NCBI GenBank assembly: GCA_951406725.2
Contig: OX597830.1
Coordinates: forward strand, 62,062,001 to 62,126,000
Source of the DNA: Octopus vulgaris
Lineage: Eukaryota
DNA: 64,000 bases
Reading direction: 5' to 3'
Shown here: piece by piece, positions 34,960 through 47,440 of the stretch
How positions within the stretch are numbered: position 1 is the first letter of the stretch
Layout of the letters: every line of letters starts with the position of its first letter
Made by a program: the position numbers and the translations under genes
The notes under the pieces: generated by a model
What the model was told of the DNA's origin: nothing
Databases searched by the model: none
The model's input: only the letters and a program-made list of their open reading frames with translations

Positions 34960-35460
34960 AGGATGGGCCAAAGTTAGTGCCCCGAATTTATGTGTCTGTT
35001 AGTTCTGTAAGTTCTTGATGCATGCTGTTATTATTTCTATATGTCAGTGATTCTTCGACGTATTGAATTTTGTGAGAGAATCTCTGGCAGAAACCAGGGA
35101 TTCCAGATTTTTTGATCAACTCATTTTCTCTGATGAAGCGACCTTCCACGTTTCTTGTCACGTCAACCGCCATAACTGCTTCTATTATTCAGAAAATGAC
35201 CCTGAACTGGCTTGGGAAAAGCACGTCAATTCACCTCCTCTTGAGCTATTACAGCGATATTGTCTTCAGGAATCTGTGCATTCCATATTCAGTGAGAATG
35301 GTGATTGTTAGCTGGCGTCCTGTGAAAACATCATCTGGCCATATTTTCGATACCATCATTCTAATCATTCCAAAATCTTTGTGCAAAATGGAGCACCTCC
35401 TCATTATGACAAACGTGTAAGAAACTTCCTCGGTCAGCACCTACGAAATTGTTGGATTTT
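34960..35460 (+). mobile_element. Degraded Tc1/mariner-superfamily transposase fragment
   Basis: IFSDEATFHVSCHVNRHNC motif, followed by a QNGAPPH-like stretch. Confidence 0.6.
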
Positions 35461-36129
35461 CAAAAACTCAAGTTGTGGCACTAATTTTGCCCCCCCCCCT
35501 CTCTCTCTTTCGGAGAGGCACAAGCACCTACACGCACATATACACACACGGCAGTAACTTCCGCCTGCCAAATTCAATCACAAAGCTTCGGTCAGCTCGG
35601 GGCTATAGCAGAAGACACCTACCCAAAGTGCCACGCAGTGGGACTGAACCCGAAACCATATAGCTAGGAAGCAAGCTCCCTAACCACACAGCCATGTGTA
35701 TATATTTAAAGGACATACTATATGTCTTCAATTGCTACTAATAGTTTCACCATCATTTAACATCTGTTGTCCATGCTGGCATGGGTTGGACGGTTTGACT
35801 GGGCTGAAAGGCTGCACCAGACTCCAGTCTGATTTGACATGGCTTTCTACAGCTGGATGCCCTTCCTAATGCCAACCACTCCAAGAGTGTAGTGGGTGCA
35901 ATGACCAAAGGTCTTGGTCATTGCCTCTGTGAGGTCCAATACTCAAAAAGAACTCAGCCACTTTGCCTCTGTAAGGCCCAATGCTTGAAAGGTGTTCTTT
36001 ACATGCCACCAGCATGGGTACCAGTTAACACAATTATGATTCCACTTGGCTTGATGGGTCTACTCAAGCACAGCACATTGCCAAAGGTCTCGGTCACTAG
36101 TCATTGCCTCTGTGAGCCTCAAAGTTCAA

Positions 36130-36460
36130 AGATTATGCTTCACCACCTCATCCCATATCTTCCTGGGTCTACCTCTACCACAGGTTCCCTCTACAGTTAG
36201 AGATCGGCACTTCTTTACACAGCTGTCCTCGACCATACACATCACATGACCATACCAGCACAATCGTCTCTCTTGCACACCACATCTGATGTCTCTTACG
36301 CCTAGCGAAGCATACTGGCTTCATTTCTTTCAACCCTACACATGTCCTTGGCTGTCACAGCCCATGTTTCACTGCCATGCAGCATAGCTCTTCGCACACA
36401 GATCAAACAATCTGCCTTTCACTCTGAGAGAGAGGCCCTTTGTTGCAGTAGGGGTAGGAG
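36130..36460 (-). mobile_element. RTE-type LINE reverse transcriptase C-terminal fragment
   Basis: MLHGSETWAVT..D..RVERNEASML-like translation. Confidence 0.55.
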
Positions 36461-37062
36461 CAAAGTCTACTTCTGTATCTACTGTTTATGTACGGTTTAG
36501 CAACCCTAATATGTCCCAACTGAGATCAAATTTAACATTTTCATCCTTGAGCTCTCAAATCCTCATGGCTAGAGACATCTTGCCAGCCCTATGTCTTAAT
36601 TTAAAAGTTGAATAGTGGTTGCATAAGCACCCCTTGAGATTTACGGAGCAGCCGATATAAGTATAAGTATTGGTCTCCATTATAATATCACATTTATAAA
36701 CCACATTTTCTGCTAAACATTGATCAGAAAGCAGACAAGATGTTTTGTCTAAACAACTGCACCCAATGTTTTCTAATCCTTGAAATTTACTGCTGCAGGT
36801 ACATGATCCAATGTTATTATTCAGTAATAGCTCAAGCTTGCTAGAGTTACTGGTGTTCTCATGGTTTATCTTACTATGATCATTACTATTATGATTAAAA
36901 TTAGTTGCCGAGTTCTGGGTCAGAGACTGTTGGTACTGGGCATTGACATAAGAGATTTGGCTTTCGGATAGTGATACTAGAGGGTTGAGGGTGGGTGGTA
37001 TAATGGAAAGATTACCAGCACAGGTGTTAGAGTTCTGGTAGGATGAATGGAACTATTCTAAA

Positions 37063-37930
37063 CTATTCTAAACATGTGCCTGTAGATGTGTGTGTGTGTA
37101 TCTGTATACACTGCCACTTACACTTATTCAATGACAGGACTTGAGGATAAAGCAGATCTTGCACCAACAGGTCTACCTGGCAGAGTTTGAAGAAAGCCAT
37201 GAGTGTTGTGTCTTTTGGTTGCTCAATCAGTCGAGCAGCAATGGAAGCGGTGAAGTATACACGCTGGCCGATTTCAAGGTGCACTGCAAGCTGCTGGATT
37301 GGTGGATGCCTTTGATGCAGTGGAAACCCGAAAATGCACCAGAAAGCTTCGTTACTACTTATGTACCTGCCTACTTGGTATCGCGTTATTTCATCTCAGA
37401 CACTGTCTGGTTGTAGGCCAAGCACAGCAGCTTCAGAGCCTTGGTTTGGCCTGCAACCAGATGGACTTTACAGAATTGCAGAGCTCAACATTTATGTGAG
37501 CATCGAATGCCTTCGACAGGAATAGGCAGTAAGGCACTATCCATCTGTTGTCTACTTCATACGGACCAACATGCGCTGTGAATCCACCATCCTCTGGTTT
37601 CCTTCGTCTGTACAGAGGGTACCCATCGTGCCCGGATTGTGTTTCGTGGAGGAATTGTTTTGGGTATTTCTTGCTGCAAACTGACCCTGTCATGCAAGGC
37701 AACCGAAGGTTGAAACCTTGTCTGCAGGGACCATGGATCATGTTAGCCTTCACTGTCTCAAAGAGAGTCCTGTCGATAGACAGGTCAGGGAACTTGGCTG
37801 AGATCAAATTGTCAATTGCATCGGATGCAATCCGTGTGGACAACCAAATTAGGATATGAGCATGAAGAAGACCCCTTTTCTGCTATTCGATGGTATACAT
37901 GTTGCATCGCACGGGGCCAAATATCTGGAG
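37063..37930 (-). mobile_element. Helitron Rep (HUH endonuclease) fragment
   Basis: QKRGLLHAHILIWL, MIHGPC, CSKKYPK, GYPLYRRR, DNRWIVPY and HINVE motifs, with frameshifts. Confidence 0.88.
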
Positions 37931-38147
37931 AATGAACCCATTCAAATCTATTTAACATTCACTCCATGTTGACTGGTGATACAGTATGAACAGATTTTCA
38001 AAATCCAATGATACCCTACACACCTATTTGGTTATGAAATTTTACAAATACACTTTCTCAGGGAGATATGATATACCTATTATTATGGATAATACTACTT
38101 TTCATATTTTTCATAGTGTGATGTAACTCTTTGGAATAACAATGTAT

Positions 38148-38238
38148 GCGGCTGAAGAGAGCTTTAAACCATCTTTTATATCTATTATACACTGATGTAA
38201 GAACAGGTTGTTTATAAAGCTTGAAACACGTGTACCGC
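38148..38238 (+). ncRNA. Minimal type I hammerhead ribozyme motif (Penelope-like terminal-repeat remnant)
   Basis: GCGG-CTGAAGA-[GAGCTTTA...TAAAGCTT]-GAAA-C-ACGT-G-TA-CCGC: complete core, stems I and II, palindromic stem III (ACACGTGT). Confidence 0.8.
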
Positions 38239-38365
38239 GGCATCCTTTGTGTTCTGTTTTTGATTTTATTTGATATATTCCCTCTCACCTCTGCCACTAG
38301 CTGGCATATACAGGTGCTTACACTTATCAAGTATTCACACTAAATTTGCAGTACCTACTATATAT

Positions 38366-38568
38366 ACTCTTTTACTCTTTTACTTGTTTCAGTCATTTGA
38401 CTGCGGCCATGCTGGAGCACCGCCTTTAGTCGAGCAAATCAACCCCGGGACTTATTCTTTTGTAAGCCCAGTACTTATTCTATCGGTCTCTTTTGCCGAA
38501 CCGCTAAGTGACGGGGACGTAAACACACCAGCATCGGTTGTCAAGCAATGCTAGGGGGACAAACACAG

Positions 38569-38629
<61 letters not shown>

Positions 38630-38795
38630 CATATATACGACAGGTTTCTTTCAGTTTCCATCTACCAAATCCACTCACAAGACATTGGTCGTCCCAGGGC
38701 TATAGCAGAAGACACTTGCCCAAGATGCCATGCAGTGGGACTGAACCCGGAACCATGTGGTTGGTAAGCAAGCTACTTACCACACAGCCACTCCA
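38366..38795 (-). mobile_element. SINE family A copy
   Basis: Reverse-complement similarity. Confidence 0.88.
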
Positions 38796-39636
38796 TATAT
38801 GCACATGTATATATGCACATGTATATATGCACATGGGTTTAAGTATATAAGTATGCAGGCCTATATAATAGTGCATATACACACATATATGCATATGTGT
38901 GCATGTATCTATATACACCTCTTTCTTTCTCTCTCTGATTCTTCAGCCTCCACCATCACATTAGCCAGTACAATAAACACCTCCAACTATTTTCAGAAAC
39001 TTGACCATTATATCTTATTATTCTTCCCTCCCTTTTTGAGGTTTACTACTCACTTTAATGACCCCAACCCCGTACCATTTTCTGTACCCATCCCTCCACC
39101 TTAGTGCCTTTCAAACATATCACCCCCACCTCCCACTCCTCACACATATTCCTTCCTTACATTCTTATCTCTTCCTATCCCTCCCCTACACCTTTCCCAT
39201 CCCCTTCATTATATCATGACCACCATCTAACACTGTGTTTTCATTCTCCTTTTCTTTCCTTCTTTCTTTCTTTCCTCACCTGTTCCTTTTGACCGTTCCC
39301 CTCTTTTTTTACATACACATCTCTTCTCCCCTCTCTATCCACTTAATACTACCTCTACATTCTCACAATTTCATTCACACCACAAGACCCCTTTGAATGA
39401 ACAGCACTTTTAATTTGTGACAACAAAATATGAACTCCTATTGGAATTTACATATCATGGACAAGAACCGTTTCTACACATCACTTTCTTTGGATAGTGG
39501 AACTGTAACATCCTTCATATATTTTTATTTTTACTTATTCTCTTATTTCCCTCTATACTTCTTATTTCCATCCTTTTCCAAAACAATACCTTTATATTGA
39601 ACTCTAATATTTCCCTCTATTTAATCATTTCACATT

Positions 39637-39684
39637 GTCTCTGATGAAGGGGTATCCCTAATATCCCAGAAACAGCTGTAAGAC
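39637..39684 (+). ncRNA. Minimal type I hammerhead ribozyme motif
   Basis: GTCT-CTGATGA-a[GGGGTAT..ATATCCC]a-GAAA-C-AGCT-G-TA-AGAC; palindromic stem III (ACAGCTGT); A-A mismatch at the base of stem II. Confidence 0.7.
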
Positions 39685-40147
39685 TAACTTTCTCTTTATA
39701 AACGTCCTGAAAATTCCACACAGCCTTGGCTTTGTTGTCACATTTTATTTAACACATACACATACATATATATACATATATAAAGGAAAGATAGTGTTTG
39801 GGTGCGAATACAGTATTTTTTTTAATGCTTTAATCATCATTTAATGTCTGTTGTCGATGCTGGCATGGGTTGGAATGTGTGACCAGGTTTGGCAAGTTGG
39901 AGTGCTGCACCAGGCTCCAGTCCGATTTAGCATGATTTCTATGGCTAGATGCCCTTCCTAACACTAACCACTATGTGCTGGGTGCCTTTACATGGCACCA
40001 CATGGCTGCTTTTACATAGCTTTCTGACTGGATATTTTATGAAAGACTTCAATGTACAGTATTGAATATAATTTAAGTAAAATGTTTAATTTATTTAATC
40101 TATTCTTTGAAAATCTCTAAACCTTCAAACTTGTTTTTGTTTTTTAG

Positions 40148-40329
40148 GATTTCTTTTCATTTGTGGTATTATATTTTGGGTGACCACTTCTTTGATACTT
40201 GTGTTTAAAAGAGAGAAACCTGAGACTGATTCAATGAATCTTGGCATCGTTGCTACTTACAAAGTGCTGATAAAAGTAATTCAGTTGCCAGCTGTCTTTT
40301 CACTTAGCTTAATATTCCTTACTTCAAAG
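40148..40329 (+). CDS. SLC33A1: SLC33A1 coding exon 3 (FLFICGIIFW...LIFLTSK)
   Basis: Acceptor ttttag|GA; donor AAG|GTAAAT; 182 nt. Confidence 0.9.
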
Positions 40330-41461
40330 GTAAATAATACTTTTCTTCATTCTTCTATCTACCATTGATATTCTATGCTGGCACATATCCTTTTCTGACT
40401 TGTAAGAGACCTTCAGTGGCACCTGACATCCATTTATCTGACTTCCACTTCTTACAATCAGTTCTGAGTACTTTTTCATCCTACAGGTAGAGACCATTTG
40501 TAAATACATGTACCTATCACCTTTGATCCCTTTCCTTTATACAACAGATGTTTTTAATTCCCAGCTACTTTCTTACCTCAGGTTCTCTCAATAGTGCCAA
40601 TGTTTGAAATTGGCGTAAACAGTACGGCAAACTTAAAACTCTGCCTAGTAATAAACAAACAAAAATAAAAACATACAATCAAGATTATCCATATCATTAC
40701 ATTTTTATCAGTCAGGAATATCCATATCATTATGTATGTCAGTGGTGTTCCATTGTGATATGTAGAAACTCCAAGCAATGTAAAATATGGCCCAAACTGT
40801 GCTTACCAGCATGAATGTCAGACTTCAAAAAGTAGTCAACTATTTAATGGTTTTAGTAAATTTATACAGAAAAAGTAAGCATTACACATTCCAGCATAAA
40901 TAAAAGTCAACTTTATATTTAAGCCATTATTTTTTCTGTAAAAACCGTTTTTGACGTTAAATGAGTAAACTTCTGCTACAAACTTTCACGTTTCGTACTT
41001 CTTTTTGCAACAAAAAAGATTTCAAAGAAATTCTGGAAACAATCTACTCATATAGTTTACACATCCCCTGAAGTTTATTTTTATTTTTGCGATAAGTAAG
41101 TAAATTACATGGGTTTTTACGGTCAAATCAAATCACAATCATGATAAGCACCATTCATGCATGGGTCAATGCCTGAGCTGCCTAGGTAGCTCCCCATGCC
41201 AGTGGCACGTAAAAAGCACCATCTGAACATGGCTGATGCCAGTGCCGCCTGACTGGCTCCCATGCCAGTGGCACGTAAAAAGCATCCACTACACTCTCGG
41301 AGTGGTTGGCATTGGGAAGGGCGTCCAGCTGTAGAAACATTGCCAGATCAAATTGGAGCCAGGTGCAAGCCTCCTGGCTTGCCAGTCTCCAGTCAAACCA
41401 TCCAACCCATGCCAGCATGGAAAATGGATGTTAATTGATGATGATGATATACATACATACA

Positions 41462-41493
<32 letters not shown>

Positions 41494-41542
41494 ATATAAT
41501 GGCTATTTTCACCTGTAATTCTTCCTTTACATTCTCTTTCAG

Positions 41543-41727
41543 ATCGGTTTTGCTGCTTGTGATTCTTTGACAGGATTGAAACTGATTGAAGCAGGTATTC
41601 CAAAAGAACAGCTAGCATTATTTGCCATTCCTCTCATACCAATCCAGATAATTCTTCCACTTTTAATCAGCCGCTATACAAATGGTCCTAGACCTATGGA
41701 TATTTACTTGAAAGCTTTTCCATGCAG
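41543..41727 (+). CDS. SLC33A1: SLC33A1 coding exon 4 (IGFAACDSLTGLKLIEAGIPKEQLA...GPRPMDIYLKAFPC)
   Basis: Acceptor tttcag|ATC; donor AG|GTAATC; 185 nt. Confidence 0.93.
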
Positions 41728-41886
41728 GTAATCTCTTTAAAGATTATAAATTATGTGCACTATTTTGTTTCAATAACATTTTAATGAGACTTATGAATGG
41801 AGGAATTGCATTATAAAGTTGGCAACTAGAATCCATATCTTTGGTCTTTTGCTTCTCTATTTGCATTTCTTGGCATAAAAAATGTA

Positions 41887-43126
41887 TTGGGTTGACCAAA
41901 AAGTCCGTTCGGTTTTTTTTTAGTATCAACTGTCCGGTCTTCTTTAGTCACTGTTCCGATATTCTTTTTCTTTAGAAACTGTGTAACAAGCCTCAAAGTA
42001 GAGAGATTGCAACTTGTTTGATTGCATTTGAGCCTAGACATGGAAGACCGGGCGGAGCACTATCGGCATCTTATGCTTTTTTACTTCAGAAAAGGAAAGA
42101 AAGCAACAGAAACTTGCTGAAAGTTATGCAATGTGTATGGAGAGAATGCTGTTTCAGAACGGGTGTGCCAGAAATGGTTTACTCGATTTCAATCAGGGAA
42201 TTTTTCAGTAAGAGATGCACCTCACTCTGGCCGGCAAAAAGAAATTGACATCGACCAACTGAGAGCTGTAGTCAAACAAGACTGCAGTCTTACGACCAGA
42301 CAAATCGCAGATATTCTTAACATATCCGAAACAAGTGTGGAAAATGAATTGCATAAACTTGGTTACATTTCTAAACTTGATGTTTGGGTTCCCCATAAAT
42401 TGACAGAAGCAAATCTTGTCCAGAGGGTTTCTATTTGCGATTCATTACTGAAAAGGGAAAACAGCGAACCCTTTTTGAGAAGAATTGTTATTGGAGATGA
42501 AAAGTGGGTAGTTTACAATAATGTGAAATGAAGAAGATCATGGAAAAAAGCAGGGGATTCTCCAAAACGAACACCCAAAGCAGGTCTTCACCCAAAGAAA
42601 GTTCTGTTATCGTTATGGTGGGATTGGAAGGGTTTTATCCTTTTTGAACTTCTTCCTTTGAATAAAACCATCAATTCAGAGGTTTATTGTGAACAACTGG
42701 ATAAATTAAACACGGCCAGAACTGGTGAATGGCAAAGGTGTTGTTTTCCACCATGACAACGCAAGGCCACACACTGCTTTGATTACTCGGCAGAAGTTGC
42801 TGCAGCTTGAGTGGGAAGTTTTGCCTCACCCTCCGTACTCTCCAGATCTGGTCCCATCAGATTTCCATCTGTTTCGGTCATTGCAAAATTCATTGAATGG
42901 AAAAAATTTTAATTCTGATGAAGACGTGAAAACTTTCTTGGAAACTTTTTTTGCTAATAAAGAACCTAAATTCTTCGAACAGGGGATTAAGGATCTACCC
43001 AACAGGTGGCGAAAGGTTATAGAAGCAAATGGGTAACTATTGTATTGATTAAATATATTTTTCACAATTGTTTACTTTGTTTTGATTTTCACCTAAAAAA
43101 ATGAATGGACTCTTTGGCCAACCCAA
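41887..43126 (+). mobile_element. Near-full-length mariner (DD34D) DNA transposon with a pseudogenised transposase (42040-43036)
   Basis: TIRs TTGGGTTG(A/G)CCAAA..., TA target duplications at 41885-86 and 43127-28; motifs WVPHKL, GDEKW, HDNARPH, YSPDLVPSD; stops at 42118 and 42529 and a frameshift near 42720. Confidence 0.93.
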
Positions 43127-43695
43127 TACAAGTGATTTCATGGACATTTCATTTTCTCTGATATTAACAGAATGAATTACTTGATACAGATTGTAAACTC
43201 AGTCTTTTCTCTTGCCATTCATCCTGTTGTGCTTTATCTAAACCTAAAAATTTTTCCCATGTATACTAAAATTATTATCATAAAACAGTAAAAGGAAGTC
43301 ATATTACAATATGGAATAGTTTCAAATTTAATGGCAATGTATTATCAGAGTAACAATAATCGGGAGATTAAAAGACTGGTCTTATGTCCACTTGGTCACA
43401 AGTTCAAACATAAATACTTCATTGTGTTGTGCCTCTGAGCAAAGGACATGTTTTTGCTTGCTTCAGTTAATGTGATTGATAATTGATAAACCTTCTATTA
43501 AGAGGGATTATTAAGAGGATAAACAATCACCTGTAATAATTATTGTAAGCAAAACTACCTTAGTCATTCTAGTGTAGAAAATAAGCTAAAATTTTACTAC
43601 TGAAATCTCTGAGTTCCAATGTTCGTTATGATGTTAATAGTAAGCAGTGACTACATCTTAATGTTCTCCTGCAATTACTTTGGCTTGTGCTTGCT

Positions 43696-44094
43696 TACTC
43701 TTTTACTTGTTTCAGTCATTTGACTGTGGCCATGCTGGAGCACCGCCTTTAGTCGAGCAACTCGACCCCGGGACTTATTCTTTGTAAGCCCAATACTTAT
43801 TCTATCGGTCTCTTTTGCCGAACCGCTAAGTGACGGGGACATAAACACACCAGCATCGGTTGTCAAGCAATGCTAGGGGGACAAACACACACACACAAAC
43901 ACACACACACATACACATATATACACATATACAATGGGCTTCTTTCAGTTTCCGTCTACCAAATCCACTCACAAGGCATTGGTCGGCCCGGGGCTATAGT
44001 AGAAGACACTTGCCCAAGGTGCCACGCAATGGGACTGAACCCGGAACCATGTGGCTGGTAAACAAGCTACTTACCACACAGCCACTCTTGCACC
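43696..44094 (-). mobile_element. SINE family A copy
   Basis: Reverse-complement similarity. Older degenerate copies lie at ~35540-35695, 48555-48690, 55520-55690, 60005-60335, 61430-61580 and 62725-62970. Confidence 0.88.
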
Positions 44095-45305
44095 TTATTT
44101 ATCTTCCATTATTCAAATCAACATTTACAGCCAAAATGAAAATTGCTGTAACATAAGTATGGCTTCAACAACAAACAGCAAATTAGAATTGCTCTCCCTT
44201 GCTCTGCCTCACTCTGTCTGCCTTCTAATGTTTACATAAGTTCAGATCTTGGGTTTTAAACATCTTGTTTTCAGATTGGAGCTGTAGTAATATTTATGTG
44301 CGTTGTTAACACCCATTTATATTTTAGAATAGATTAACATTCAGTTGCATGTGTCAGAACACTCTCATTGTGAATTTTAATTTTTCTTAGGTTGTCTTTC
44401 GGCTAAGATATTTTACCACTGATTATTATGTATATGGAATACTAATTTAAATTACTAGTATTTGTGATATGGAAATTGTGGGCCTATATATAGGCAACAA
44501 CAAAAACATGATCAGAAGCATAACTGGAATGGTGTACCTAGGGGTAAAATTCAAACATACCTAACCAATAAAATAGAAAAAGAAATAAAAAGAAAATGTG
44601 TTCCACCCAGCCAAATCAATAGCAAAAGCAATTAGTAGATTTAAAGAAAAACAAGTCATCACATCTGCTTTATTACACTCAAGTCACTAAATTTAATCAA
44701 ATGACCATCCACACACATATATAAAATCTAATGTACCCACCACCTAATTCATGTGATACAAAAAAATTTTCGTTTACATAGGCTCAATATCTTTCTTCTT
44801 GACTTCCCAAAGATTATCTGTTCTTCCCCACTCTCTTTCTCTCTGCTACTGCTCTGAAGTCAGGTTCACATCTGACTCTTCTGTGAAGAATATATGCCTA
44901 AACTTTCTACTAATTAAGTCTTGCTTAGAGACTTAGTTTTATTAGTATTGTTTCCTGCCCTTTATTTGCACACATTAAGCTGATGCAGGGCCACAAATAT
45001 TTGTTGTTTTAAACAATATTTACCATCTAAACTTTGTTCTCACTAGAATTCATCACTACATATCTAAAGCACTTACTTCCAACACAGAAACCAATTTCTG
45101 TACCTCTGACTTGCTCTACTGAAACCTTTTAGATACTACCTTCTTCAAACATGCACCAAGGGCCTACATGAGATTACAATGAGCAACAAGCAACATGGCA
45201 TGAAGGCAATACAAAACCAGTTCTGAACTTTGTGACAATCCACTTCCAATAACAACCATATCACAAATATGAAAATTAAGTTTTATTTGTCTCTATTGGA
45301 AAAAG

Positions 45306-45689
45306 TGGAGGCACAATGGCCCAGTGGTTAGGGCAGCGAACTCGCAGTCATAGGATTGCGGTTTCGATTCCCAGACCGGGCGTTGTGAGTGTTTATTGAG
45401 CGAAAACACCTAAAGCTCCACGAGGCTCTGGCAGGGGATGGTGGTGATCCCTGCTGTACTCTTTCACCACAACTTTCTCTCACTCTTACTTCCTGTTTCT
45501 GTTGTACCTGTATTTCAAAGGGCCGGCCTTGTCACTCTCTGTCACGCTGAATATCCCCGAGAACTACGTTAAGGGTACACGTGTCTGTGGAGTGCTCAGC
45601 CACTTACACGTTAATTTCATGAGCAGGCTGTTCCGTTGATCGGATCAACCGGAACCCTCATCGTCATAACCGACGGAGTGCTTCCATCC
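45306..45689 (+). mobile_element. SINE family D copy
   Basis: Near-identical to 6398-6781; flanking ATTGGAAAAA duplication. Confidence 0.88.
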
Positions 45690-45914
45690 ATTGGAAAAAT
45701 AAACGTTGATGTAGTACATTAGTTGTTGCTCAGAAAATCTACTTTGTCAAAAGTTTGAAAGGAAGATCTATGTTTACATCGATCAACCAACTGATGCAAA
45801 ACACGAGGATAAAGTTGAAAAATTTACTTTAAAATATGGAACCATGCTTCCTGGAAGTTACTTGTTGGATGTGTCCAAATTTGCTCACATATTTTTTTTT
45901 ATTTTTCCTAACAG

Positions 45915-46035
45915 GCTTCTCATGTCAATACCATATGCAGGTCTTGTTTATATGGCAAATCATGTTCAGACAGAACCCGGAGTTTTCCCCGCATACTTTT
46001 ACTTGATTACCATAACCTTTTATGCCTTACATCAG
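45915..46035 (+). CDS. SLC33A1: SLC33A1 coding exon 5 (LLMSIPY...YALHQ)
   Basis: Acceptor taacag|G; donor CAG|GTACGT; 121 nt. Confidence 0.9.
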
Positions 46036-47124
46036 GTACGTTTTGTAGAAAATTTTTAATTAATTGTTATGATAGTTTTATGACTTTCACAGATGTTATT
46101 TAGATTTATTTAATTCATTTACGTGATTTACTCACAAATACAGTTTCCTAATTCATAAATGTATATATGCGCACATGTATGCATATATACATATGTATAT
46201 ATGGATTGTATGTGTATACATGTATGTGTGACAGGTACAAGTATGGTTATGTAGATATGTAATTGATATTGTTGCTATGTTGTCTTCAGTTCTAGCTTAC
46301 TGCATGACACTTTAGTCAAGTGCCTTATATATAAATAAACACATACGCACACATATGTGGGCAGACGGGTGCAAAAGAAGGGGGAGAAAATAGTATTCAA
46401 ATACCAAAGGTAGAGAAAATAGTATTGTATTTTATTGAAGCTGAAAAGACTTCAAGAACTGTAACTCAGAGTTTCACAGAATGTTATGGAATATTTGTAG
46501 ATCATCAGTTCATCTTCCTTTCTTTTTTTCTTTTCTCTCTCTAACTAAGCCTCTAAAAATTCACCACACGCATACACATGCTTACACACATACATACACA
46601 TATAGATTCAAAATAATCAAGAACATCTCAACCTCTCCCAAAACATCCTCTTCCCATAATCCAAGAAAACAAATTCAACTCCAGATTTTTGTCAATTAAC
46701 TCACATAGTGTCTCATTTGGGACACCACAGTCTGTGACTCTTTTGCTCCTTCCCACATCCTGAATGCTGTGATTAATGGGAGACTCACTGCTTCTAAAGC
46801 TGAATGAAACAAAACTTTGAAGTATTGAGACCTGTGGCATTTAAGATATTTGGAGGGACTGGGACACTAACAGCAAAGTACTTGTCATTGTTGGCAGTTC
46901 ACTTCATCGAGGTGTCAGGTGATGCCCATGAGGGTGCTTGGTTCTTTTCAACGCCTTAGCTTTACCATCGCTCATGGTAATGCCATGAGCATGCTAGCTT
47001 GCTTCAGTAGGTTCTGTTGAACTTTGTGGTGTGTGACCAATTGAAGTACTTGATGCTATATTGATGAGTTTCTCCTTTCTCCCTTTCTTTGATTTTTTTT
47101 CTTTGGAAATTGTAATTAAGACAC

Positions 47125-47440
47125 CTGTACCGGTGACACGTAACAAGCACCGTCCAAACGTGGCAAATACTAGCGCCACCTGACAGGCGTCCGTGTCGGT
47201 GACACAGAAAAGCACCAACTGATCGTGGCCGTTTGCCAGCCTGCTCTGGCACCTGTGCCAGTGGCACGTAAAAAGCACCCACTACACTCATTGAGTGGTT
47301 GGTGTTAGGAAGGGCATCCAGCTGTAGAAACACTGCCAGATCAGACTGGAGCCTGGTGCAGCCTCCTGGCTTACCAGACCCCGGTCGAACCGTCCAACCC
47401 ATGCCAGCATGGAAAATGGACGTTAAATGATGATGATGAT
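47125..47440 (+). mobile_element. Family B copy
   Basis: Core plus (GAT)n tail. Confidence 0.85.

Noticed and set aside
45306-45380. tRNA gene (also 6705-6781 and the heads of SINE families A and C)
   Set aside because: The tRNA-like heads continue into 300-bp multi-copy bodies with TSDs and lack a proper acceptor stem, so they are SINE heads.
46455-46512. Functional hammerhead on the minus strand (CTGATGA...GAAACTCTGAGTTACAGTTC)
   Set aside because: Stem I is out of register and stem II does not pair; counted only as a degenerate relic.
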